Source: Botryllus schlosseri
Lineage: Eukaryota
Reading direction: 5' to 3'
Length of the DNA: 64,000 nt
Assembly (NCBI GenBank): GCA_051294905.1
Contig: CM119376.1
Span: 22,382,001-22,446,000 of the forward strand
Of the stretch, positions 13,387-25,313 are shown one piece after another. Position 1 is the first letter of the stretch; each line of letters opens with the position of its first letter. Made by a program: the position numbers and the translations under genes. The notes beneath the pieces were generated by a model, which had not been told where the DNA came from, did no database searches, and worked only from the letters and a program-made list of their open reading frames with translations.

Positions 13387-14001
13387 TTAGCTGTCCCTTC
13401 CACATTTGATGTTAAGATAGATACCGCTAGCAATGAGATATCCATGTAGCTCATTGCAGAGCCTCGACAGTTCTCTTTGCAGTTTGATCTTAATCAGCCT
13501 GCTATGAGAATTGGTGAATCTTAGATTCGAAGTACGCAAAATGTCAATTTCTGGCAGTGGCAGGTCCATTGTTTCCGACCTAACACGAAATCCGGCCGGA
13601 ATCTCGACTTCATTGTTCATCCTTAGGTGGTATGGTTCGATTGGCGGCAAATTCGCATGCTCAACTCGGACAGCGAACGCCTCATTTATAGTATTAACAA
13701 CTTCGCGTTCGATTTCCTCCCGGATATTCCCATCTCTTTCGATTACTCGAGCCTGGAAATTTTCTTTCAGCTTCTTGACAAGTAAACGCAATTTTGCGAC
13801 TTGTGTCTTCAGGTCTCTCCGCCCTCTGTTGACATGCCACTGCGCACCGGATTGGCGTCTGTAAACCAGAAGGGAAAGTATGTTTAGGTTCATCTCCATC
13901 ACGATATCTGTTGTAACTCTCTCTTACTTTCTGATGGCATGACCACTGAGTGTAGAAATGCAAACAGCAAGTATCACGTAGCGCGCGACAAACGTCTTCA
14001 T
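13387..14001 (-). CDS. Putative secreted prohormone/neuropeptide-precursor-like protein, 181 aa, 2 exons
   Basis: Exon 1 (14001-13928) reads MKTFVARYVILAVCISTLSGHAIR, a signal-peptide-like sequence, and ends at donor AA|GTAAGA. A 69-bp intron ends in ...TTCTGGTTTACAG|. Exon 2 (13858-13387) is in the frame of the 171-aa ORF and the phases match (2/2). RKR and RGRR basic sites follow the signal peptide. TATAAAT lies upstream. Confidence 0.7.
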
Positions 14002-14090
14002 GGCTTGAAGGTTGTTAAAGGCTTATTGATTCTTGTTGTCACTCTAACTGATCACACTCACGTTGATATCGAGCAATTCGAAAATTTCGA

Positions 14091-14097
14091 ATTTATA
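14091..14097 (-). promoter_or_regulatory. Candidate TATA box of the secreted-precursor gene
   Basis: TATAAAT on the - strand about 90 nt upstream of the ATG at 14001, with a possible initiator (TCAAC) about 33 nt downstream. Confidence 0.5.
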
Positions 14098-17000
14098 CTG
14101 CTTGCCTCCTTTCTTCTACCTTGATCGTGATTCTTTTTTTCACATTTTTACTTTTTTTCAGAACAATGTCGTCCGGAAGCCTGTGAGAAGAACTGGGTAT
14201 TTCGCACGCACGCAAGGGACTGCTTGCTGCTGATTTACTTAACTTATTCATCAACACGTCATTAAGAATATGTATTTAAATGATACTGCTTAAATATAAT
14301 GTATGTATTCAATTTCCCCTCTGAAATATGCTTTTGTGTGTCGACCCATGTCTATGCATGCATTGCTCATATCTAATTGTCCATATTTTAATTATTTGAT
14401 CGGTCAATAAAATGCTCAGGGAGTAATGTGTTGGCAGAGTGGATAAATCTAACAAGCATTTGCAGCAAGGTTGTTACAACGATGCTAAATATGATGTATT
14501 AATTTATGTTTTTAGAAGGTCGGAAATATTCAAACATTGTTGGTGATCAGGAGGAACATATTTTATAAAAATCGATAAACGATAAAATTGAGAGCGGTCA
14601 CGTTTCTTGATTCCGTTAAATTTGGGTCATAATTATAAAGTAGTTGGTCATATTTGCAGGCAGTTATTAAATTAGGAGCCTTTATAAACGTCCAACAATT
14701 AGGATGAGATTCGACCTCGGTCGAAATTGAGCCTTGCAACCCATTGGTATTGTAGCGTAGTGGAACGTACTTATGCTATACTGCCCAGTGGCTATCACGA
14801 ACAACGGCATTGATATAACTGTTGTATGGTCATCCAAAAGTTGAAGACGGTTTGTTCACCATTCGCTAAGGATAATAGATAGCCTAGTAGGCACGCAGTA
14901 ACTGATCGAAGACCAGGACTTATGGATGCGGTCCAATTTGTGACCGCCCATGTCAAGGTGTTCTTATTGTCAAATCCAGCACTTCTATTTGCATTCCGAG
15001 AAGTTGTGCCTGTTTTTAGATTTCTTCTATAGAACAATGAGCTATGCTGAAATAAACTATTTGTTTCCGCGAACCAAATGGATTCGCGGGACAAATCACA
15101 AGAAGTCTCAAATTTCCGTCTTCAGTGGATCTCATGCGTGGGTGATGTGCATAATCCAATTTACACTACAAAGTTCGTTGCCGTCACAATCCAGACTTGT
15201 TCGCCTCAGATACAGTGATATCAAGGTGCTCCACTAACGTCAATGTATGCGGTCGAACTACGTCAGACACACATCTGAAAACACACGTTGACGCAGTGAC
15301 CATCACGTCATTGGATTGGATCAATTGTCAGCTGAGAACTGAGTACCAGCTTGCCAAACATGATTTATTGAGTCGGCAGCATGTCATGAGAAAAGGTTTT
15401 GTGTTTTGCGACTGTTATTATGTAAAATGTGATGACACCCGGTAAAGATCGAATGAGCATTTAATTGTTATGTAGGCCTATTGCAAACAAATGCTACAGC
15501 CGCAAAGAATTTCGTTGGTCTCCAGCAAATGGGGAGTTTCTTGATCCTGTTGTAGAGACTGTAAGAAATGGCCAATGAAGTTATTATATGCGTTAAATCA
15601 ACTACATGTATGTAAACAGTTTCAAAAGTACAGATAAATCTCCCGGGGTAAAGGCGGAAGACTATATATTAGAACAATATATTGAGCATGAATTCATTCG
15701 GGCCGGCGAAACGAGATTGGACGAAATGAGCTGGTTAATTTCAGACAACAAAATCGTCAACGTCAATCATCGTCAGTATGTAGAACTTTGACGGACGATA
15801 GAGTAAAGTCATTTTCTCAGTTCAGCGCAATGAACGCCATCTTTTTATATTTATTGCACTGTACTGACGATACCATCGATTCGATAGTAATTATCAAAGT
15901 AATTCGGGATTGTTCGTGTGTGGAGCAAGGACCTATTACCGCAGGAGCAATACCTCCCGCAATACTTTTGAAGGGGCTCCTAAATGACCATTTAATCACT
16001 ACCTGGCATTTAAAAATCCTTTGCTTCTCATCTTGATTATACCACGGAGAAACGACCTTGATTCAATCGTCGAACTTTGAACTATACAGTGACTATTTCT
16101 AAACATCGTACTCCAGTCACTTGGATACGTAGTATTGGATACATAGATTTACCTATTTTGATTGCTAAGGTCGCGACATGAAGTCGCACTTTTTCTGGGA
16201 CTTGGTGTTGATTAAAAAATATTCGGTGAATATCACATGAATGGTCTATTGGACCACGTTCAATGGGACCATTCAAAAGGGCTATTTAAAAATGACTTAA
16301 AAGACATGCTTGCTACCCAGATCGCATAAAAGACTTCTGATCTAACCCAGCGTGCATACAAGACGGAGAATTGCAACAACCATGAAGAATCCATTGCAAT
16401 TTCCACAATTAGGCTATATACGGCATACAGAAGAAAAGGGGTTCATATCGGACGACGAATATGTCGTCACATATCGCGTGGTAAATGCTGATTTGTTTGT
16501 AATCGGTTGGCCCACTCTGCGTAGCGAGATGAAAAGATATTAAAAGACAATAATGAACAATTGTTCCTGGTCGCTTCCTGCGTTGTGCCTAATCTTATGC
16601 GGTATCATATTAAGATATATAGAACTGGAACGCTGAAGATGTACTGTACCCCATTGTGTGAACCCTAACATTTATATCATTGTAGTAAGGGGTCTTCATT
16701 AGTTGCTCTTGATAAGTGACGCATGTCGGTTGTCCTGTACAGCAAGTGGAAGAATAATGTAGAGAACAAAACATATTTACTTTATTGCTGCATGAGACAA
16801 CGTCTACGACACATTTAAGCCGACGAGAGCCAGGCCGTATACTCCAATACGTCCAAATCTCGCCCAAGCTTCAACGCACTATACGTAAAAGCGGTACAGA
16901 TGGATCGCGTCAATCTCATACTACTAACCACCAAGTTTGTGTTGACAACACCGAATCTAGTGATGAATTCATGACGCAATTACAAAGCTTTCTGCTCTAT

Positions 17001-17588
17001 AATGCAGTTATACTCGTGGTGGAAACGGGCTATTAGCGATTGATTGATTTTCCTCATGTAGCATCGCATGCGAGGCCAAGGTCAGAAACCGGGTCCACTA
17101 AAGACATGCCCGGTGCGATTATCTGAACATTTAATTACACATAACACATTAGACATGATTGTTCGTTGATAATTTTTCCAATTCGGCAGATTTCGCCCAC
17201 ACTGATATCCATCTCACCGGCACAAAGACCAATTGTCGCGACGAAACTCAACACCGCAGCGCACAGATTGTAGCAGATAGCCAAGGCTGCAGGGCTGTGT
17301 TTCTCCATACGAGTAAATGCAAACGCCGATACAAGTGAGATAAGGACGAGTTATTAGAAAGGGTTGAAATTGAGGCAAATACCAGGTTCTAAAGAGAGTA
17401 ATCACGATATATGCGCAGAGAGGTCCTTCGTTTACACAAAAATAGACCGGCGTGGCATGAAAAACCAAATAAATAAGTCCTTGTTATATAACCATCGATG
17501 CGTTTACTCCCCTAACACTCGAGATTCCGCTGTCGCCGAATACGCTTGATACCATCCAGTCCACTGGTCCTTGCATGAATTTGCCTTT

Positions 17589-20500
17589 TCACGCCAGTAG
17601 GCTCGGGTGGTTCGTCCAAAATTCTTGGCCTATGACATCGGTGTGCATTACGTCGAAGCTTTCTGAAGTATTCGCGTCGGCTTCAACGTCTTTTCCTGGC
17701 GCGCGCTGGAAACAGAATGTGGTTAAATCATCACCCTAAAACTTGACAACAAGCTGGCTAATTCAAACTGATAAATAAGTTCGAGTCTCCTTCAAACATC
17801 CGCTTCGAAAATGTCAAGTTTCGGCAGAAGCAATTTCAAAGTCATCTGACAAGCATGCAACTGAGCAAGTAATTGTAACCAGAATAGCAGATTGCGGTCA
17901 CAAGTTCATGGCAAACACTACACATTATTACGCACCAAGAGTGTTGTTATTTCACACCGGGCCGATATTCCTTATTATGATTGCTGACATTCCTCTATAT
18001 CAGTGGTTCCCAACCTTTTTCGACTCATCGCCCCCTTTTCAAGCTCCACACCCATCATCGCCGCCTCAATTTTGTGAACCGTAAAATGGGCATACAAACT
18101 ATAATGACCGGCGGGTTGACTAAAAATAAGGTCATTTTTTCGGCTCGATGTCGATCTTTTACACTTTTGCAGCTAAATTTTCGTGGGTTGACAAAAAAAA
18201 AGGTCATTTCGCCGACTTGACTCCAATAATGCCGTTTCAACACGCCATCGCCCCCTTCGTCATTTTCGCCCCCCTAGACCGCCAAATCGCCCCCTGGGGG
18301 GCGATATCGCACACATTGGGAACCACTGCTCTAGATAGACGTTCTGTATGATACACTTACTGAACTCGGATGTGGAGAAGGAGCATATAAAGCAGGCCTG
18401 TGTTTCTTAACCTGGTCGCCAGCGCCCCCAGGGGGAGCTTTGGATTTGAAGGGGGCAGAAACGCTGAAGGGGGCGATGGGCTCAGGGGGCGGTATAGGCG
18501 GCGCTGAAGTAAAATTGCGTCGCAGTAGAGGGTACAGTAGGGGCATATGATTATATTGTAGAACAACAGTTCAATATACAGTTCTCATTGCAAATTAACA
18601 TTCGAAAAAATCTGTCAAATCTCGAAATTTTTCGTCGTGCTTGGCGCGAAGATATGCCGACAATGTTTGCAAATATTTTCATGTACGCAGTGGTTTGTTA
18701 TATGTCATGTAAAATGAATTGCGCGTACTTTTAGATCGCCAATTACCCGTTTAAATACGCCCATCACCTAGCTCGGATTATTTTCCACAAAATGTTTCGA
18801 ACTAGGTATTTTATCCCGCGGCAAACAGCGTGTCGAAATCGAAGAAATAGGCACTGTACCATGTTTGAGAGTGAGTGCCCTTTGTACAAAAGATACTTTG
18901 AAGCTTTTTGATCAAAATGATATATTGGTATTTGAGAGCTACAAAATTAAATCTTCAGAATATGTCTTTATTCTATCATAAAGGATGATACTGTTCAGTG
19001 TTGTGAACCGCAACCTTACATGAACCTGAACGTTATATAACATGGGTTGCTTTATTTGGAATACATTCATGTGATAGTTAATAACTGGGTGCATGACTAA
19101 ATTCAATGTGAACAAAGATCTCTACTACTATCCCAGTCGATTTACTAGTCATAGAAAGCAATAAAACAAAACGCAATACAATTAACGTACCCGCATTGCC
19201 AGTCGCGGAGGTTAATTCGGGATATGTACATGTACACAGGGCTCGAACCAGATGGTGTTAGCCCGTACCGGATGGTTGTTAGAACAACCTTGATTTGATC
19301 TCGAATAGCCTATAGCACATACAATTATTATAGCGTTAATTAGTCGAGTGGTCCTCGGGCGCGATTCAAGTTATTTCCAATAGTGAAGTCCCAACCCGAA
19401 AAGACCGACCGGACTTCGAACTGTTACTTGTTTTTCTTACCGTCCTTAAAATATGGGGGAGGGGGCAGACGTAGGCAATTTTGGAAAGGGGGCGCTGCAA
19501 GAAAAATGGTTAAGAACCATTGGAGTAGACAAACCTCCTACAATTAAGTAGATATTCAGGAGTTGACCTCGGTTGGTCTCGGAATCGCGAGCCATGGGTG
19601 TTGCAGCTGTGGAATACACACTACCGTTTCGCGAAGAACTAAAAACACAAACTTCACTGACACAGTGACTTGACCAGTGCGCACTGGCCTGGCCTGACAT
19701 CTCAACGACTTTGTGCGAAAGGACTGCAATTCCATCCGACAGGTCCTGGGTTCGCTATATGTCTATGAATTCACATTGGCTATCGCTTTGTGAATATTTT
19801 CGTAACCTGTATTCATTAGATCATGCACACTGCGCAGCACAATGTGAATGTAAAGCTAAACAGATGATGTAATCGGCATCCGCGCACCTCGCATACTGTT
19901 TCGTTCACGTTTCACACTACGAAACGAGTCGCAGTTGGACGCCAACAAAAATATCCCGCGAAAAACGATGAACCGGAGTCGATGGATTATGTGATAATCT
20001 TTTCCCATAGAGGAGCGAGTGACCTGTATATGTAATGACAACAGCAGAGGTCACGCTCGTCTATATTTGGCAGATTCGACAGTTGCTAGACAAACTTCGC
20101 AGGTGGCGCTTCGCCGTAGCTTGCTCGAGGCAGCGCGCTGTGACCGATTTTTTGATTCGGGAAAGGTACGACCGATATAAAACGACTCATTGTCCGAGAA
20201 CCGCCAAGCGCGTCCAAACACGATTTTGCAAAACCCGATACATTCAAATTACCGGGATCTCTTTTGATCTCGCGCAGATGTTGACCATTTTGGCCCGATG
20301 AATTACTGGGGTTATGTTTGAAAATACGCGTGTGGCCCAAGGCGGAAAGCGACGACGCGATACCCGTAAACAAGTAACGTGAACGTGTTAGATCGAAGAG
20401 CGCGCGGCTCCACGGGTGGCTACATATGAAAGGACGCACAACTCTGATCGCAGCGAATATCCGTGCCTTGACTTCGCAGCTGAACCGTCAAGCGGCGAAA

Positions 20501-22369
20501 CCGCCCGGAGCGCGATCACAATTACCTTCTTTCTCAAAATAACGCTTCCTTTGCGGTACAGCTGAGGCAGGTCGTTGTAATTGGTGCCGAACTTTGAAAA
20601 CAATAGTTCATTCTTATCGGCGGATGTAGTGCCCTGCAGAAACGAAGGCGACAAATACTCATTCGCGAAGACAACTTGTGAAACACTTTAGCGACATCTA
20701 GAGATGGTACGGAAGCCTTCCGATCTTTTGTTTTCGGGACTCGGGAGTATTGGTACAGTAGCCCGTAGCCACATGGATTGGACTCGCGTCTTGTCCCATG
20801 CTTCATAAATTGAAATAAATCGACCGAAAGGTTCGTATTTGAACATGGGCAGATAGTTTTCGAAATCTATTTATTGCATTTTTGTCATCGTGCTCGTTAC
20901 TTGAGCATCACGTGACGATACAATTTTAATAAAGACGATGCGAATGTCAAGAGCGACGTGAAATTGTAACGGCATTTGCACATGAAGTCAAATAATTCTC
21001 TGTATGCCAAGGTGGGTGGGTGTTCGATCGATCGACTTTGCAAAGCATCCCCTCATTATATCGCAACTCTTGTGGCATTCTGAACTGTTCCACTTGCTAA
21101 ATAATTATTCAGAATCAACTGGTCTGTTGTGTTTGGCATGTTACAGCAATGCGACTCTATAATATAGTCAGGGGAAAGCAACCTCTGAATCATGAACCAA
21201 GAGTGTCAAAATCGGTTTCACAGTATAGTGACGTGCGGTTCATGGTTACTGAGGCATTGAACCTTTCGAGTTAGAATTACATATACATATACCGGTACCC
21301 GAAATGGTAGCTGATTCCGTTAACCACTTGTTTCTTACCACGTTAGCACTCTTCACACGCAGGCTATGCAAGAAGATACAGGGATTGCATCACAATACCA
21401 GAGACCAAGCATCAATAAGTGCAAAATTCTGGGGAGGAAGCCTGGCTGCCGACCACCTTAAGATGGCACTCGTGGGCCCGCCATCTGAAATTTGTCAAAT
21501 GGCGCACGGCTGCTGAGTACGTTGTCATTACCATTACAACCATGTCCGCCCATAACGTTTCCTATTCGACTATACAATGGCAGAACAAACACGCCATTGC
21601 CCAGCAGCATCGTTGTCATATTAAACAATTACCCGTCATTCGCGATGTAGGATCATTGTTCTACTATAGATTAATAACCTATGGAGGTTAGTAATCTGTA
21701 TTTCTCGGTAATTACCCGCAATTCTAATTCCGCTTCGGTAGGTGTTTTGCCATCGTGCACCAAGTACCAAAAACACGTGTTGTAGAGGTTATTGATATGG
21801 CCTGGAACATGACGAATTAAAGGTATCAATACAACACTACATGTATTAAAGCATCTTACAATCAGCTTGTCTCCAGCTCAAGTAATCCCGCATGTTTTGG
21901 TTTGATGGATATAGAACAACCCTAGAATCAAACGACGGTGGATACAACAACTTCTGTGATGGAAAGTACTTCGTCCAATGGTAGACATAGCAACTTGAAA
22001 ATTGCGATACCACAGTGGACGATAGTTTGCTGCAGTAAAAATACAAGAATACAGGACGGAATTTCAATGGACATGCAATGACACATACCTCGCCCTTCGA
22101 TTGTACGTCTTCGTTTGCTTTCTAAATACAAACGAAAACTCATCACTCTGACCGTACGCGATAATTATATCATGAAAGAGGCCCATTACACCTTTTGCCG
22201 ATTCATTCATCAACGTTAAGGCATTATCGTCATTGGGTTTTGCGAACTTGTGCTGTTTCGAGAACTTGTGAAAATTCTTTCCGTCCACTCTCACCACGAT
22301 CCAACAATTTTTGAGGCATTCGTCCAATATTTCAAAGTGTTTCACATATTCAAAATGACTTTTTGCCAT
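17589..22369 (-). CDS. THG1L: tRNA(His) guanylyltransferase (Thg1 family), 253 aa, 5 exons
   Basis: Exons 22369-22089, 22029-21860, 21801-21716, 20633-20526 and 17705-17589. All introns are GT-AG and phase-consistent (59, 58, 1082, 2820 bp). Motifs [68 protein letters not shown]...YRKGS and [10 protein letters not shown]. Confidence 0.95.
18001..18328. mobile_element. hAT-Charlie-like MITE in THG1L intron 4
   Basis: TIR CAGTGGTTCCCAA...TTGGGAACCACTG. The 8-bp TSD is CTCTATAT/CTCTAGAT (NTCTAGAN-type target). Internal CGCCCCC repeats. Confidence 0.88.
18398..19522. mobile_element. Degenerate hAT-Charlie-like element in THG1L intron 4
   Basis: Left end CTGTGTTTCTTAACC; right end GGTTAAGAACCATTG. 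GGGGGCG motifs near both ends. The flanking 8-mers AAGCAGGC/GAGTAGAC match 5/8, so the TSD would be decayed. Confidence 0.5.
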
Positions 22370-22701
22370 TGTTAACTTGTAAAATATTGAGTAATCTTTT
22401 CAACAAGTACGCTCTATGTAATGTAATTCAAAAGAAAAATATATGAGAAATGACACTAGATTCATTCCAACATTTCAAGAAAAAAGTCTTATCTATTGAA
22501 ACAAAAGACTGCTGATATGACACGTTTTTTTCATATAACAAATAAAACAGTATCTAAATGTGTATTCTCATAGATCAACGATCATTGCATATAATTAATA
22601 TAATCATTATAATAACAATTGAAATGATTTTAAATATGGCAATGGGAAATGCATGTTGTTGGCGGTGTCTAAATTATTGCATATTAGCAATGACCGCAAT
22701 T

Positions 22702-23910
22702 TCACAATTCGGTATGACCTGGTTTTTGTTGACTGGCCAAATACTCAGGCAATCGGTCAGCCGCACAGCGGAATCCAAGATTTGACGCAGAACTGTCCGG
22801 AGTGTTCTGGCTGCGTGCCGCACATCTATAACGGTAACAGTATTCTCTGTGACACATGTAGGAGCCGCCTTTTTTCACTTTATCCTTGCCGGTATTGGGA
22901 CCTTTGGGGTTAGTCACTGCGTCAGGGCTGTGATGAATCGTCCACCAGTCCTGCACCCATTCCCATACGTTGCCGACAGTGTTGTAAAGGCCGTATTTGT
23001 TTGGTTCATAGGATTTCACAGGGGCTGTAGCACTGTATCCGTCTTCTTCGGTATTTGTCTTCGGGAACTCACCTTGCCATATATTCAATCGTTGCTGATC
23101 TTTGGGATTTTGTTTGTTACCCCATGGGAAAAGTCTGTTGTGTAAGCCACCACGGGCTGCTTTTTCCCATTCTGCTTCAGTAGGGAGTCTTTTACCAGCC
23201 CATTTGCAATACTCAGTTGCATCGTTCCACGAAACATGAACCACAGGGTGATCCAATCTTTCTGCGACATCAGAGTCTGCTCCTTCGGGATGCTTCCATA
23301 ACGCATTGTTGACTGGTAGCCACCACGGTGCCTGCGCTACAGCTTGAGTTATACCCTTCTTTGTCTTTTCGCTAATGAAATTATCAAGAACAAACGAATT
23401 ACCAAATTTTTCCGCTTCTGTTTTGTAACCTGTCTGGTCAATGAACGTCTTGAATTGTGCATTGCTTACTTCCGTCTCATCAATGTAGTAATTTTCCAGG
23501 GTCACTTGTCGAACGGGGCCCTCTCCGTCGGCTGGTAATATATTGTCCGCTGAACCCATTTGAAAATTTCCGGCAGGTATCAAGACCATGGTTGAAGTAC
23601 TCTGTGCTTCTGGAGATTCAGGAGACGTTTCAATGACAGATTGATCAGTGACATCTACATCCCTCTTCGCGCGATTGAGACTACTACATCCACAGTCTTT
23701 CGGTTCCTGTTCCTGACCCGTTGCTGAATTACCAGAGCCGGCACTGGTTTCACCCGTGTCCTTATTTCCTAGATCGTCTGCATTCGTACCCGAGTTGGTA
23801 CTGGTGTCACCAGAGTCCTTAGTAGCTACCTCCTCGGCATTCGCAAGTGCTGAATCCGTATATATGATTAATACAACAAGGATAGCCAAGTGTCCTACAC
23901 GTAAACCCAT
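22702..23910 (-). CDS. SUMF1: Formylglycine-generating enzyme (sulfatase-modifying factor 1), single coding exon
   Basis: Uninterrupted ORF, open from 23940; the likely start is the Met at 23910 that precedes the signal peptide. It carries the CGC motif, the FGE core ([49 protein letters not shown]) and the catalytic segment [37 protein letters not shown]. It ends in HTEL. Confidence 0.97.
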   Translation of the reverse strand: MGLRVGHLAILVVLIIYTDSALANAEEVATKDSGDTSTNSGTNADDLGNKDTGETSAGSGNSATGQEQEPKDCGCSSLNRAKRDVDVTDQSVIETSPESPEAQSTSTMVLIPAGNFQMGSADNILPADGEGPVRQVTLENYYIDETEVSNAQFKTFIDQTGYKTEAEKFGNSFVLDNFISEKTKKGITQAVAQAPWWLPVNNALWKHPEGADSDVAERLDHPVVHVSWNDATEYCKWAGKRLPTEAEWEKAARGGLHNRLFPWGNKQNPKDQQRLNIWQGEFPKTNTEEDGYSATAPVKSYEPNKYGLYNTVGNVWEWVQDWWTIHHSPDAVTNPKGPNTGKDKVKKGGSYMCHREYCYRYRCAARSQNTPDSSASNLGFRCAADRLPEYLASQQKPGHTEL

Positions 23911-25313
23911 GATGACGGTAATTCCACGCATGATTTCCACAATCGACTCGTATCTCTAAAGTTACGACAGCTTTTGCGTAATTGACGAGTACGACGCATT
24001 CGACGATGACAACGGCAAACGTAGGAGCAACTCGGCCGATGCGACGCGAAAGACGGACGCAGATGCAGTATTTGTGACAGAAAAAACACGGCAGAAATCA
24101 CATCGTCGAACCGAAGCAAGATAATAATGTGTTGATTTTGTTGGTCGTGTTGGTGCCTTGCATCTCTAATCTGTGATTGAGATTACTGTACCACATCGAC
24201 TTCCCCTTTTTCCGACACATGCAACTTTATTTTAATTTTTGTCCTGTTTTATGCCATATCTTCTGTCATAACATTCCTCATTTACTTTCTTTTATCAATA
24301 CTGGTGTACCTGACTGCTTTGCAGGAATGCCGCAAAATGTTGCTGCAATCGTAATCGCAAGGGGGCGTTGCAGTCACCGATGGCTATGCACAATTGCACA
24401 TTTCACAGTGCAGTTTGGCGCGTAGCATAGGTGGGATAAATAGGTGCTCGCGTAGTTATGAGTCTTATGACTATAGTTAAATTTAGTTGCGAGGTCGGCA
24501 GCCAACCAGTCCATACATCTGCCAGAGATCTCCATCCTCAAGATTACCGGGCCACGACTGACCTATCGATCTCGCTTCCCATAACATGCCGCCCTAGTTC
24601 TTGTCGCTTTCTTTTTGTATACTATCTTCTTTACTTTCATTCAGTGTGCATGCCTCCTCTTTACATCGCCTAGGCCAAGGTGGGTGTCAGATTCCATAGA
24701 CTACTCCTTGTCGCTTCGACATCTTCCTGTCTTTTCATTGTATCGCATTTTTTGTGGTGTATTGAACTGATAAAATTGCTAATAAACCAATGATGATGAT
24801 GATGATATTTAGTCATCGAAAATTTGACCTGTTTGTTGTCGAACAAGGTCGCCAAGGGTATTAAATCATCAGTATAAGTAAGCCACGATTTTTTTTGACA
24901 TAGTTTTTAGAGTTAAGATAACTTTTAGAGCCTGGGTGAGGTCAATTCATTCTTATCAGCCTATTCTACTTTAAGAAGCGTGCTGTTCTCATTTTAAAAT
25001 GAATGGTGGTGGTATCAAGCGCCGAAGAAGAATTTCAAATAGTATCCCAAGCAAGGTCAAGTTCTTTATTTTTGTCTGCAAAATCGTGGTGCTTTGACGA
25101 TGGAGATACGAAGGAAGCGTGAGGTTATCGAGTGACCTTCACCTAGTCTTATCCCTGTGTTTCCTGGAACTTGTATTTTGTATACTCTCTCGCCAAATTT
25201 TGGAAACCGTGTTTTTCTTCATCCCTACACATACCAATACAAAAATTGATTTAATTGTCACATTGCCATGTTTGTTCATTCCTTGTATACTATATTTTTA
25301 GCAGAAATCCATC

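Noticed and set aside
13107-13454. 115-aa ORF overlapping the end of the secreted-precursor gene
   Set aside because: Different frame, no recognisable motif and no sensible splice link. Most likely 3' UTR.
16352-16543. DLFVIGWPTL resembling a retrotransposon aspartic-protease C-terminal motif
   Set aside because: No DTG/DSG catalytic motif, RT, integrase or LTRs nearby.
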